NCBI GenBank assembly: GCA_021162845.1
Contig: JAGGXX010000054.1
Span: forward strand, 4,537 to 68,536
From: Thermoprotei archaeon
Lineage (GTDB): Archaea > Thermoproteota > Thermoprotei > QMSL01 > B3-G16
Direction of reading: 5' to 3'
DNA: 64,000 bases
The translations under genes and the position numbers were made by a program. The stretch's first letter is position 1; each line of letters begins with the position of its first letter. Under the pieces are notes generated by a model. It had not been told where the DNA came from. It worked only from the letters and a program-made list of their open reading frames with translations, and ran no database searches. This document shows positions 28,262 through 37,389 of this stretch, piece by piece.

Positions 28262-28515
28262 TATTGGTTAGTAGCTTTACACTATAAATCTCAATTCCTT
28301 AAAAATGAGGCAATTATAAGGGACGAATTCTGGATCCTGAGTGGAGTTCTATGGGGAAAGCGGTGGATGTCAGCACTTAAAGGATCGGCCATAAAGTAGC
28401 CTCCACCTCCTATTCATCATCCGAGACTTATGGTTAAGCCTTGAGGATATAAGCGTTAATGCTACTTCTCCGACAAGGATATAGGTTAAACTCAACCTAA
28501 AAGAGAGCGAGGGTT

Positions 28516-29505
28516 ATGCTGAACGAATTAAGGGCGTATATAAGCCGTGAAGGGGCCATTGTGATAGAGGATGAGGTCGTCTGTGATGCTTATGAAGGCG
28601 TAGGGAGGTACATGATTGTCACGCATGCACATTATGATCATGTAAGGGGAATACATAGGGCTAGAAGGAGGGGGGTGAGACTGATTAGCACAAATGCTAC
28701 AAAGGACATTCTGGTTGCTCTAGGCAAGGTAAGGGGATATGAAGTAATGGGCATAGAATACGACAAGGATTATGATGTGGGAAAGGGACATGTAAGGCTG
28801 ATAAGGGCGAACCATATACTGGGATCAGCACAGGTAGTCTATGAGGATCAGGAGGGCTTTCGCATAGCATATACAGGGGATTTCCGTCAGCCCGGAACGC
28901 CTATAGTGGATGAACCAGATGTATTAATAATGGAGGCTACGTATGGTAGAAGGGATATGATAAGGCCGCCCCTTGAGAAGGTATATGAGGCCTTTATAGA
29001 CTTAGTCAGAAGGACCTTTGACCGGGAACCCATCAACATATTCGCGTATCATGGGAAGATACAGGAAGCCATGGAGGTCTTGAGGAGCGCATTTCCAGAT
29101 GTTCCTTTTTTAGCCCCCATGAGGATCCTGTGGCTATGTGAAATAGCAAGAAGACATGGAATGAAGATAGGAAAGGTGATACCCTTAGAAAGCGAGGAAG
29201 GATACGAAGTAAGGAGGGGAGGGCGCTACATAGCCTTCTACCATTCAACTTATTTGGGCAGGATCAACAGAGGAATTAGCATTTCCCTCTCCGGATGGAA
29301 TATAGGGAAGGTCGTGAGGAAAATAGGAGCTCGAAGGTACATCGTATCCATTAGCGGACATGCGGATTTCAGACAATTGATGGAGTATGCTGAGGCTGCA
29401 CGACCTAGGCTTCTTCTAGTTGACGGAAGCAGGAGCACGTATGCTGAGGCCTTTGCTAAGGAGGTGAAACGCAGATTAGGCTTACGCGCTATTGTCATGC
29501 CCTAA
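28516..29505 (+). CDS. short beta-CASP-type metallo-beta-lactamase-fold nuclease-like protein
   Basis: MBL motif 2 VTHAHYDHV. Later EATYG and a beta-CASP motif C-like SISGHADFRQLMEY. Confidence 0.45.
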   Translation: MLNELRAYISREGAIVIEDEVVCDAYEGVGRYMIVTHAHYDHVRGIHRARRRGVRLISTNATKDILVALGKVRGYEVMGIEYDKDYDVGKGHVRLIRANHILGSAQVVYEDQEGFRIAYTGDFRQPGTPIVDEPDVLIMEATYGRRDMIRPPLEKVYEAFIDLVRRTFDREPINIFAYHGKIQEAMEVLRSAFPDVPFLAPMRILWLCEIARRHGMKIGKVIPLESEEGYEVRRGGRYIAFYHSTYLGRINRGISISLSGWNIGKVVRKIGARRYIVSISGHADFRQLMEYAEAARPRLLLVDGSRSTYAEAFAKEVKRRLGLRAIVMP

Positions 29506-29514
29506 GGTGAGAGC

Positions 29515-30270
29515 ATGAGCTCGGGAGAATATATAGTCGTAGAGTTATACGAGAGCCCTGTGGATAAACTGAAGAAGGCGGTTTGGAGGATAGTGGGAGC
29601 TGTATATAATCCATTCGTTACCTTTAGTGAAATAGCTGAGGATCCAGACGTATTAGGTCCTATAATTCTGGTAGTTATCTACTTAGCAATCTCATTACTG
29701 AGCAAGGAGCTATATTACGGAAAGGTAATAGTGAACTTCGTAAACCCTAAGACGGGGAGTATAGTTAGATCATCCCAGCTCACGTTTAAGAGCGCTGAGG
29801 AGGCATTGCTCTTCTTAGGTACCACGTTTATGCGCATGATGATCGGATGGGTCCTCACTACATTAGTATTCTGGGCGGTAAGCAATATGCTGGGAGGGGA
29901 GGCCAGAGGTAAGGCTACGTTCATAGCCGTAGGATATCTCTTAGTCCTCGGGATACTGGATATCGCCTTAAGAGGAGTGAACTTCCTAATAGTTACGCAC
30001 GATATGGACGTTATAAAAGTTGAAGTACCCTCTAACATAGATCCCAAGGATCTTCTGCCCAGTATAACCCAAGAGTTGGGGAAGCAATTAGAGGGAAGAG
30101 CTTGGCCATATTCTACGATAGAGAAGTTCATATGGGTTTTATTCAGAGCTTGGCTACTGGGAGCGGGGGTGGCGTTGTGTAACTCGGTATCACGCTTGTC
30201 ATTAAAGAGGGCCATTATAGTAGCTATTGTGGGCTTCTTAGCCATGCTCTTCAGCCAATGGCCTGCTTAG
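29515..30270 (+). CDS. polytopic membrane protein (Yip1-like topology)
   Basis: Soluble N-terminal ~35 aa, then 5 hydrophobic helices. The start lies 9 nt after the upstream gene. Confidence 0.35.
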   Translation: MSSGEYIVVELYESPVDKLKKAVWRIVGAVYNPFVTFSEIAEDPDVLGPIILVVIYLAISLLSKELYYGKVIVNFVNPKTGSIVRSSQLTFKSAEEALLFLGTTFMRMMIGWVLTTLVFWAVSNMLGGEARGKATFIAVGYLLVLGILDIALRGVNFLIVTHDMDVIKVEVPSNIDPKDLLPSITQELGKQLEGRAWPYSTIEKFIWVLFRAWLLGAGVALCNSVSRLSLKRAIIVAIVGFLAMLFSQWPA

Positions 30271-30279
30271 GGGATCAAC

Positions 30280-30993
30280 GTGTCCTTTATGGCTCATATT
30301 AGAATATTGAAGAGGCTCCTAGAGGTATATGGGAGGGGAAGGATAGCGATTTCAATCGATGAGATCAAAGAGAGAGTGAGGGTACCTAGAGATGTCCTCT
30401 TACATTATTTAAAAGAACTAGAGAGAAGGGGGATCGTACAGGTAAATGATGATGAGCTCTTCATACTTGTACCTAGCGTGGAATTGGCGTACCACGCTAT
30501 AAGCATGGGAGCGGATATAGAAGAAGTGGCCTTATATCTAAATTGGAGGGACTTCGAACGTTTCACAGCAATGTGTCTCATGGAGAATGGCTACGAAGTG
30601 ATAGAACACCTGATATTTAAATCGGAGAGGCGAAGGTATGAGGTGGACGTCATAGGCCTTAGGAGGCCATGGGCTATAGTGGTGGACTGTAAGCACTGGA
30701 CGATGATGAGGGGGTCTAGGAGCTCAAAGCTTAAAAGGGCTATAGTAGACCATAGGAGGCGTACTGAGGCGCTGGCCCGTTGCCTTCCTAGGTTGAGGAA
30801 GAGGCTGGGCATCACGCGATGGCATGAAGTGATACTAATCCCAGTCCTCGTGACCTTATATCAGGAGGGAGTGATGCTTTTCGAAGGAGTGCCTCTAGTG
30901 CCTATCTGTGGATTAAACGAATTCCTACAAGAGTTCCAAGGCATAGCCGAGAGCATATTCCTTAAAAAGGTCCCCCTTAACACGCTGATCTGA
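30280..30993 (+). CDS. wHTH domain fused to a PD-(D/E)xK-like (restriction endonuclease/Mrr-like) domain
   Basis: N-terminal HTH-like DVLLHYLKELERRGIVQV. The C-terminal core ...RRRYEVDVIGLRRPWAIVVDCKHW resembles an E-x-D...D-x-K nuclease motif. Confidence 0.35.
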   Translation: MSFMAHIRILKRLLEVYGRGRIAISIDEIKERVRVPRDVLLHYLKELERRGIVQVNDDELFILVPSVELAYHAISMGADIEEVALYLNWRDFERFTAMCLMENGYEVIEHLIFKSERRRYEVDVIGLRRPWAIVVDCKHWTMMRGSRSSKLKRAIVDHRRRTEALARCLPRLRKRLGITRWHEVILIPVLVTLYQEGVMLFEGVPLVPICGLNEFLQEFQGIAESIFLKKVPLNTLI

Positions 30994-31033
30994 GAAACTT
31001 TATCTAAGGGAGTTCCTTAGTAAGGAAAGGAAA

Positions 31034-33451
31034 ATGAACGCGGGTATAGATGTTAGGGAATGGAATTTGGGTCGTATGCTTGACGTGTTATTAAGCTCAC
31101 TTAGAGGTGCTATTAGAAGCAATCATAGGAGAATGGTTGTCCTTACGGGTAAGGATGAGAAGAAGATAGGACTAACTCTAGGCTTGATACTTCGGGAAAG
31201 CCTCAGGCTAATTAGGGATAAGAAGGGATTAGCCGATGTCAGCGTTATTTACGCGTATAAGCCAGCATACGAAGACGCTAAGATTAGGTTGGAGATAGTC
31301 AAGGGCATGCTCAAGGAAAGCGCATGGATACGATTTGAGGCGATAAATTACGCGGAGTCCGAGAAAGTATTAGGCATGACCTACGATGCGGCCGTACTAG
31401 ATCTCATTAATGACCTAAGGCCTAACGATGTGGGAAGGTTAGTGGGCATAGTGAGGGGCGGCGGACTTATAGTCCTCATGACACCATCCTTCGAGGACTG
31501 GGTGAAGAGGATAACGGAGTTCCAGGAGTTACTATCCACGCCACAGCATCCTAAGGAGGAGGTCAGGCATATCTTCATCAAGAGGTTCATAAAGAAGTTA
31601 AAGGAACATGAAGGCATAATGATCTATGATGTTGACAGAGATGAAGCATTAAAGATGCCGGGTAAGATGAAGAAATATGAGGTGAAGAAGAGGGAACTGA
31701 AGCTCCCGGAAAAGGGACGTTTTCAATTAAGGGTGTATAAGCTAGCGCTCACACAGGACCAAGTAGAGGTCCTAAAGCTTATGGAGAAACTCTTCAAGAA
31801 GCCGAAGAAGGGCAAAAAGCTGGTATTGGTGATAACAGCGGATAGGGGTAGGGGTAAGTCATGTGCTGTAGGCATAGGGCTGGCATCACTAGCCCATAGG
31901 ATCAAGAGGATAAAGGGCTTAGCTAAGATAGCGGTCACAGCACCTAGTGTAACGAACGTACAATCATTAATGATGTTAGCGAAGCGAGCTCTAGAAGTAA
32001 TGGGCTACGAAGTCGAGATTGAGGGAAGCGAAGCGGCGATCAAAGGCCTTAAGGCTAAAGGGATTAGAATCAGGTATCTGAATCCCATAGACCTACTTAG
32101 CTCCAACCCAGACATAATTGCAGTTGACGAAGCTGCTGGTCTTCAGGTACCCATGTTGCATAAGATATGGAGGAGGTTTAGCAGAGCCGTATTCTCGTCT
32201 ACTATACATGGGTATGAGGGGGCTGGTAGGGGATTCTCGATAAGATTCCTGAAGAGAATAAGGGACGATCCCAATACCAAGCTCTTGGAATACGAGATGC
32301 ATGAGCCGATAAGGTACGCTGAAGATGATCCGATAGAAAAATGGCTCTTCGATTCGTTATTATTAGACGCGGAACCCGTTAAACTGAGTGAGAAGGACTA
32401 TGAGCTGATAGATGCCAAGCGTGTAAGGTATATAGCTCCGAACCTTGAGGACTGGTTTGCAGGATCAGACGAAGGAAAGCTAAGAGAGTTCGTTGGCATC
32501 TATATACTAGCCCATTACAGAAATAGGCCTAATGACCTAGCCATGATGGCTGATGCACCCCATCATACGATAAGGGCCTTAATGCTCCCTAACGGGAAGA
32601 TAGTGACCTCGATAGAATTAGCTGAGGAAGGGCCTATACCTGAGGACATGATAGAATACCTCAAGTATGGCGGGTGGATCCATGGCAACGTCATCCCCGA
32701 TAGGTTCCTGAAGCATGCGCGTGATGAGAGATTCGCTAAGTACGCGGGATGGAGGATAGTACGCATAGCCACGCATCCTGATGCAATGGATCGTGGGCTT
32801 GGGACATTAGCGATTAAGGAGATATGTGAGGAGGCCCTAGAGAGAGGATATGGATGGGTCGGTGCTGGGTTCGGAGTTAACTACAGATTATTAAGGTTCT
32901 GGATACGCAATGGCTTCATACCGATCCACATAAGCCCTGAGAGAAACCCCGTAAGCGGGGAGTATACCGTAATAGTCGTAAAGCCATTAGAAGATGACGT
33001 TAAGGAGATCATCCTTCGGGCTAATAAGGAGTTTAGGCTTAGATTGCTTAATTCGCTCGTTGATCCTTACGATGATTTAGAGCCAAGGGTCGCGAGGCTC
33101 CTACTTAGAACTTGGGGGGAGCCTGTCTTTGAGGGCTATAAGCCGAAGCTTACTGAGGTACAGCTAGAGAGAGCGGAGAATTACGCCTGGAGCGCTATGA
33201 CCTTAGAAAGCGCCAGTGATTGCATGCGGGAGTTGACCCTCGCCTACTTTTACAATGATGAGACAAGTAGACCTCAGCTCAGCGAGCTACAGGAACTCAT
33301 GCTCATAACGAAGGTGTTACAGGCCAGGAGCTGGAAGAATGCCTGTGATGAGCTAGGGTTAGCCCCTCCAGTCTTAATGAATGGGCTTAAGGACATTGCT
33401 AAGGCCTTGTTAAAATACTACTTTGGCATCGGGAAGAAGGACGTCACATGA
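31034..33451 (+). CDS. tmcA: tRNA(Met) cytidine acetyltransferase TmcA (ac4C synthase, helicase-like ATPase + GNAT)
   Basis: Walker A LVITADRGRGKSCAVGI, then a DUF1726-like N-terminal region. The C-terminal GNAT-like region carries the acetyl-CoA motif (HPDAMDRGLGTLAI). ~800 aa, typical of archaeal TmcA. Confidence 0.8.
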   Translation: MNAGIDVREWNLGRMLDVLLSSLRGAIRSNHRRMVVLTGKDEKKIGLTLGLILRESLRLIRDKKGLADVSVIYAYKPAYEDAKIRLEIVKGMLKESAWIRFEAINYAESEKVLGMTYDAAVLDLINDLRPNDVGRLVGIVRGGGLIVLMTPSFEDWVKRITEFQELLSTPQHPKEEVRHIFIKRFIKKLKEHEGIMIYDVDRDEALKMPGKMKKYEVKKRELKLPEKGRFQLRVYKLALTQDQVEVLKLMEKLFKKPKKGKKLVLVITADRGRGKSCAVGIGLASLAHRIKRIKGLAKIAVTAPSVTNVQSLMMLAKRALEVMGYEVEIEGSEAAIKGLKAKGIRIRYLNPIDLLSSNPDIIAVDEAAGLQVPMLHKIWRRFSRAVFSSTIHGYEGAGRGFSIRFLKRIRDDPNTKLLEYEMHEPIRYAEDDPIEKWLFDSLLLDAEPVKLSEKDYELIDAKRVRYIAPNLEDWFAGSDEGKLREFVGIYILAHYRNRPNDLAMMADAPHHTIRALMLPNGKIVTSIELAEEGPIPEDMIEYLKYGGWIHGNVIPDRFLKHARDERFAKYAGWRIVRIATHPDAMDRGLGTLAIKEICEEALERGYGWVGAGFGVNYRLLRFWIRNGFIPIHISPERNPVSGEYTVIVVKPLEDDVKEIILRANKEFRLRLLNSLVDPYDDLEPRVARLLLRTWGEPVFEGYKPKLTEVQLERAENYAWSAMTLESASDCMRELTLAYFYNDETSRPQLSELQELMLITKVLQARSWKNACDELGLAPPVLMNGLKDIAKALLKYYFGIGKKDVT

Positions 33452-33797
33452 GAGAAGGTCTTTTTACACGCAAAGGCTTTACTTCAGACACTTCTATGAA
33501 GCTCCACTTAAGGCCTCTGACTCCCTTCCACCTCACGGCTATGTAGGCTTTAAAGCCAAAGGCCTTCGCAAAACTCAAGAGTTTCTCGACCTGTTTCTCG
33601 TTAAGGTATATTCGACTTCCCTTGGTTTCCTTGACCTGATATACCCTTCTATCGTCACCTCTAGCAGCCATTATATCACATGGTATGTTCTTACTACCAC
33701 TTATGGGTATGCGTACAGCGAAGAAGCCTTTCTGCCTCAGAAGTTCAATGAGTTCAATCTCCGCCCTATATCCTTTACGGAAGGCCATCGGGTACAC
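33444..33797 (-). CDS. hjc: Holliday junction resolvase Hjc (archaeal PD-(D/E)xK resolvase)
   Basis: MAFRKGYRAEIELIELLRQKGFFAVRIPISGSKNIPCDIMAARGDDRRVYQVKETKGSRIY...FGFKAYIAVRWKGVRGLKWSFIEV matches the Hjc consensus (RKG..E.ELI.LL...GF.AVR...SG....D..A......Y..E.K....YL.......FG..........W.FIEV). Confidence 0.8.
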   Translation of the reverse strand: MYPMAFRKGYRAEIELIELLRQKGFFAVRIPISGSKNIPCDIMAARGDDRRVYQVKETKGSRIYLNEKQVEKLLSFAKAFGFKAYIAVRWKGVRGLKWSFIEVSEVKPLRVKRPSLM

Positions 33798-33859
33798 CTC
33801 GTGCCATCTTCATATATACCTAAATCTTCATCCATAATATTGTATGGAGGTGGTGATAT

Positions 33860-34513
33860 ATGGTCAAGGTCAGGTGGTTGGGACATGCATGCTTCGCAGT
33901 ACAGGGGGAGAACGTCATCGTAGTTACTGATCCGCATAACGGTGTGGATGTAGGTCTTAGACCTCCAGATGTAAAGGCCGATATAGTGTTAATATCCCAT
34001 GGCCATTACGATCACGCCGATGGACTCGAGATAGTCTCCAAGCCGGATACTAAGGTCTTCGATAGCTTCGAGGGTGAAGCATCTCATAAAGGAGTTAAAA
34101 TAATCGGCATTAAGGCGTTCCACGATAAATCTCACGGAGAGATCAGGGGAGAGAACTACATATACCTTTTCGATGTCGATGGTATTAGGTTCTGTCACCT
34201 AGGCGACTTAGGGCATATCCTAGAGGACGAACAGCTTAGGAAAATGAGCGATGTAGACGTATTGTTCATTCCAGTTGGGGGAGTATTCACCATAGATGCT
34301 GAGGAGGCTAAAGAGGTTGTAAGGCTAGTGAGGCCGAAGATAGCGATACCAATGCATTATAAGATACCGAAACTAAGGTTACCCATAGGCAGGGTGAAGG
34401 AGTTCCTCAAAGGGCTGAAGGATGTAGAGCTCAGAAATAATGATACCTTAGAAGTCACTAGGGAGAACCTACCCCTCGAAACGAGGATAGTCGTGCTTAA
34501 GTATCGAGGATGA
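33860..34513 (+). CDS. UPF0173-family MBL-fold metal-dependent hydrolase
   Basis: MVKVRWLGHACFAVQG... and VLISHGHYDHADG. ~217 aa, typical of this archaeal family. Confidence 0.6.
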   Translation: MVKVRWLGHACFAVQGENVIVVTDPHNGVDVGLRPPDVKADIVLISHGHYDHADGLEIVSKPDTKVFDSFEGEASHKGVKIIGIKAFHDKSHGEIRGENYIYLFDVDGIRFCHLGDLGHILEDEQLRKMSDVDVLFIPVGGVFTIDAEEAKEVVRLVRPKIAIPMHYKIPKLRLPIGRVKEFLKGLKDVELRNNDTLEVTRENLPLETRIVVLKYRG

Positions 34514-34627
34514 AGTAAGGCTAAGATATGTAAGGGACCTCCTACTTTTTACGCTATGAATAAATAGGCATTTAGCTCCCATTATTGTTGGAATACATTC
34601 GGTCTACTCTCTCGGGGTTGAGAGTTC

Positions 34628-34984
34628 GTGAGGCATCGAGATGAGCCAGGAGAGGCATGGTCACTCGTTCTCTCGGACTACTTAGTCGTTGCCATAAAGA
34701 CCGATGAAGGAGTTAGGATAATGTACGATGAGGAGGCCGAGGAGTTTGCCATAAGGAGATTAGTTGACGTATTCAAAAGGGATTATAAAATCTACTGCAA
34801 GGATTGTGGGGCCATACTTACTCCGGAAAACGTCGGTCAGATAACTAAGGACGAAGAAGGCAATATAACAGGTCGATGCATATATTGTTTAGATGATGAA
34901 ATACTACACATGATAAGGTGCAGGAAGAAGGCCTTGTTAATTAAGACCCGGCCTGAGATAAGCCGGACCGGGGATAAAATGTGA
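34628..34984 (+). CDS. small protein with C-terminal zinc ribbon (CxxC-x24-CxxC); first gene of an overlapping 5-gene operon
   Basis: YCKDCGAIL...GRCIYCLDDE. GTG start. Its stop overlaps the next GTG start. Confidence 0.3.
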   Translation: MRHRDEPGEAWSLVLSDYLVVAIKTDEGVRIMYDEEAEEFAIRRLVDVFKRDYKIYCKDCGAILTPENVGQITKDEEGNITGRCIYCLDDEILHMIRCRKKALLIKTRPEISRTGDKM

Positions 34985-35253
34985 GGTACCTTATAGTTAA
35001 ATGCCCATATTGTAAGAACTACCTTACGATGCCTGAAGGTGTACGTACTAGGACATGCCCCTATTGTGGGAAAAAACTTAAGGCAAGCGGCCTCATAATA
35101 ATGGCGAGAGCTAAAGACGGGCGGGAAGCAGCCCTTCTAGTGAGGATGTTGAAAGCAAGGGAAGCAGGAATAGCGGAGGTCATCTATGGCAAGGGAAAGC
35201 ATAAACACAGTAAAGGAGGAGCTGAAAGCCAGTCTAATATTACCTTATATTAA
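34981..35253 (+). CDS. zinc-ribbon protein (CPYC...CPYC)
   Basis: MRYLIVKCPYCKNYLTMPEGVRTRTCPYCGKKL. GTG start. Confidence 0.35.
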   Translation: MRYLIVKCPYCKNYLTMPEGVRTRTCPYCGKKLKASGLIIMARAKDGREAALLVRMLKAREAGIAEVIYGKGKHKHSKGGAESQSNITLY

Positions 35254-36685
35254 ACTATACTTCAGGATATCACCTACGGAGGAAGAGCTCTTTTCCGTGA
35301 CGTTAGCTGAGGACAGGAGCACATGTGAGGTAAGGCTTAGCCTAGAAGAGGTAATAGAGGACATAGAGGGAGGAATCGCTTACGGCCTCATAGCGGATCA
35401 CATATTACCAGCTAAGGGGGACGTGGCACATATCAAGGAGCTAATACTCCAGAGCTGGATCAAGGAGGAGCTCAAGATCCTTCATGAAGAGTACGAGGAT
35501 CTGTTCTATGAGCTATTCATAGACCCTAGCTACTTCATCATGAGCCATTACCTCCGTAAGGGTAAGGTACTCTTCATGTTTAAACAACATTATAGGCATC
35601 TAGCCTCAACCGCCTTAGAGCAGCTCGAGAGAGAACAGGTTATGTGGAGAGTTCTCAGGAAAATGGAGAGAGACGGTTACGTAATCATAAAGGATTCCAA
35701 GGTTAGGCCTTTAAGGGACATTACTCGGGAATTGGGTGAAATTAAGAAGCGGAGTATGATCCCTATTAAGGGCTTTTTAAAGGCTCCAATGGGCCTCTCT
35801 ATTTTCTCGTTATTAATTCGCCTAATTAAGGTACCAACCATAGGTGAGGAAAACGGTATATGGAGTTACCCGGTATGGGTGGAGACTGATGCAGGGCTCA
35901 AGCCACTTAAAGCTGAGGAAGAGGTTAAAACAGGCGTAATAAGGGATGGGGCAAGGCTGAGAAGACTTGGAGGGATGATAAATACTGCGTACTTAGCAAC
36001 ATGGGAGAATGGGGAAAAGAGGGTCATCAAGGTATTTAAGGAGTGGACTGATCTTAAATGGCTACCATTGGCCTTCTGGGCCCTAGGTGCGTATACATTT
36101 GATCCAACGGGCAAGGGACGCCTTATAAATGAATTCACCATGAATAGGAAATTCAAGAGAGCCGGTATCAGAGTTCCTGAGATCTACCACATAGATTTAA
36201 GTAAGAAGATCATCGTAGAGCAGTTCGTTCCAGGCCTCACGTTGAAGGACGTCATAGTTAATATACTCAAAGGTAAGCACCATGTAGAGGACGTCGAGCA
36301 CATAAGATCCGCTTTACATGAGCTGAGCATAGTACATGAAAAGGGCTTCGTAATAGGCGATGCTAATCCCACCAATGTGATAATTAATGATAAGAACGTG
36401 TTTTTCGTGGATTTAGAACAGGCGAGAGAAGGGGATAAGTTCTCCTGGGATCTAGCCACCATGATGTTCTTCTTAGCGCATTACGTCCAGGGATCAGCGA
36501 GGAACCTAGACATGATAATCAAAGCCATGGTAGAGGGCTATACCGAAAGAGGCGATGTAGAGGTAATCAAGAAGGCCTTAAAGATACCTTATCTGAGGGT
36601 CTACGCTTTCTTCGCGTATCCCCATGCCATCTATAAGGTGTATAAGTTGGTCTCCAAATACGCAGGAGGAATTGAGATAAGGTGA
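35186..36685 (+). CDS. atypical protein kinase-like protein (Bud32/RIO/Kdo-kinase superfamily C-terminal domain) with ~240-aa N-terminal region of unknown function
   Basis: The C-terminal half has a G-rich loop region, conserved Lys (KRVIKVFKE), catalytic-loop-like VIGDANPTNVII and metal-binding VDLEQA (a DFG equivalent). It overlaps the next gene by 4 nt. Confidence 0.5.
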   Translation: MARESINTVKEELKASLILPYIKLYFRISPTEEELFSVTLAEDRSTCEVRLSLEEVIEDIEGGIAYGLIADHILPAKGDVAHIKELILQSWIKEELKILHEEYEDLFYELFIDPSYFIMSHYLRKGKVLFMFKQHYRHLASTALEQLEREQVMWRVLRKMERDGYVIIKDSKVRPLRDITRELGEIKKRSMIPIKGFLKAPMGLSIFSLLIRLIKVPTIGEENGIWSYPVWVETDAGLKPLKAEEEVKTGVIRDGARLRRLGGMINTAYLATWENGEKRVIKVFKEWTDLKWLPLAFWALGAYTFDPTGKGRLINEFTMNRKFKRAGIRVPEIYHIDLSKKIIVEQFVPGLTLKDVIVNILKGKHHVEDVEHIRSALHELSIVHEKGFVIGDANPTNVIINDKNVFFVDLEQAREGDKFSWDLATMMFFLAHYVQGSARNLDMIIKAMVEGYTERGDVEVIKKALKIPYLRVYAFFAYPHAIYKVYKLVSKYAGGIEIR

Positions 36686-37389
36686 TGAGCCTAAGGGTAA
36701 AGGAGATAGGAGACGTATTTAACAGAATAGCTAAATCCTTTGATAAGACCCGTAGAAAGCCTTGGAGGTGCGCGATAGAGGCTATAGAGGGGTTAACGGA
36801 GGGTAGGATACTGGACGCTGGATGCGGAAACGGGAGGCACCTCCTTCTGTTATCCAGCATGGGCTTTAGGGTAGTAGGCGTAGACCTCTCCAAGGAGCTC
36901 ATTAGAATAGCGAAAAGGCGAATTAAGGAATTCTCGCTAACTAACGAGGCTGAGCTCATAGTGGGCGATATACGCTTTCTGCCGTTCAAAGATGAGGTAT
37001 TCGACGGCGTACTGGCTATTGCGGTGATACATCACATACCCGGCGTAGTGGAAAGGGTTAGGACCTTAAAGGATATGAAAAGGGTCATGAAGCCCCATGC
37101 CAAGGCAGTATTAACGGCATGGAGCATATGGAGTTTAAAGAGGCTCTGGAGAGCAGTAATGTATAAGTTTAAGAGGCCTTTCTCATCGGAGTTCGGCGAT
37201 GCGTTCATACCATGGCGCTTGGGCTCGGATACCGTATGGAGGTTCTATCACCTCTTCACAGCTAGGGAGTTCAGGAAAATAATCGAAAATGCGGGACTAA
37301 AGGCTATTAAGAGCTACGGGGAAAGGAAGAAGTATGGGCTTTTCCCAGAAAACTTAGTAGTAGTGGCGGTGAAAATTGACACTCACTAA
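36682..37389 (+). CDS. class I SAM-dependent methyltransferase, Trm9-like (Methyltransf_11) candidate tRNA wobble-uridine methyltransferase
   Basis: Motif I ILDAGCGNGRHL closely resembles the Trm9/ALKBH8 VLDxGCGNGKYL motif. It overlaps the start of elp3. Confidence 0.5.
   Translation: MMSLRVKEIGDVFNRIAKSFDKTRRKPWRCAIEAIEGLTEGRILDAGCGNGRHLLLLSSMGFRVVGVDLSKELIRIAKRRIKEFSLTNEAELIVGDIRFLPFKDEVFDGVLAIAVIHHIPGVVERVRTLKDMKRVMKPHAKAVLTAWSIWSLKRLWRAVMYKFKRPFSSEFGDAFIPWRLGSDTVWRFYHLFTAREFRKIIENAGLKAIKSYGERKKYGLFPENLVVVAVKIDTH

Noticed and set aside
28262-28515. possible C/D box sRNA or other ncRNA in the 254-bp gap upstream of the beta-CASP-like gene
   Set aside because: A minus-strand ATGATGA and a downstream CTGA are present. 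The spacing and the absence of C'/D' boxes do not fit a canonical C/D sRNA, and nothing else is recognisable by eye.
33423-33923. 166-aa plus-strand ORF
   Set aside because: It overlaps and is antisense to hjc, which has a convincing family match. It also overlaps the start of the MBL gene.
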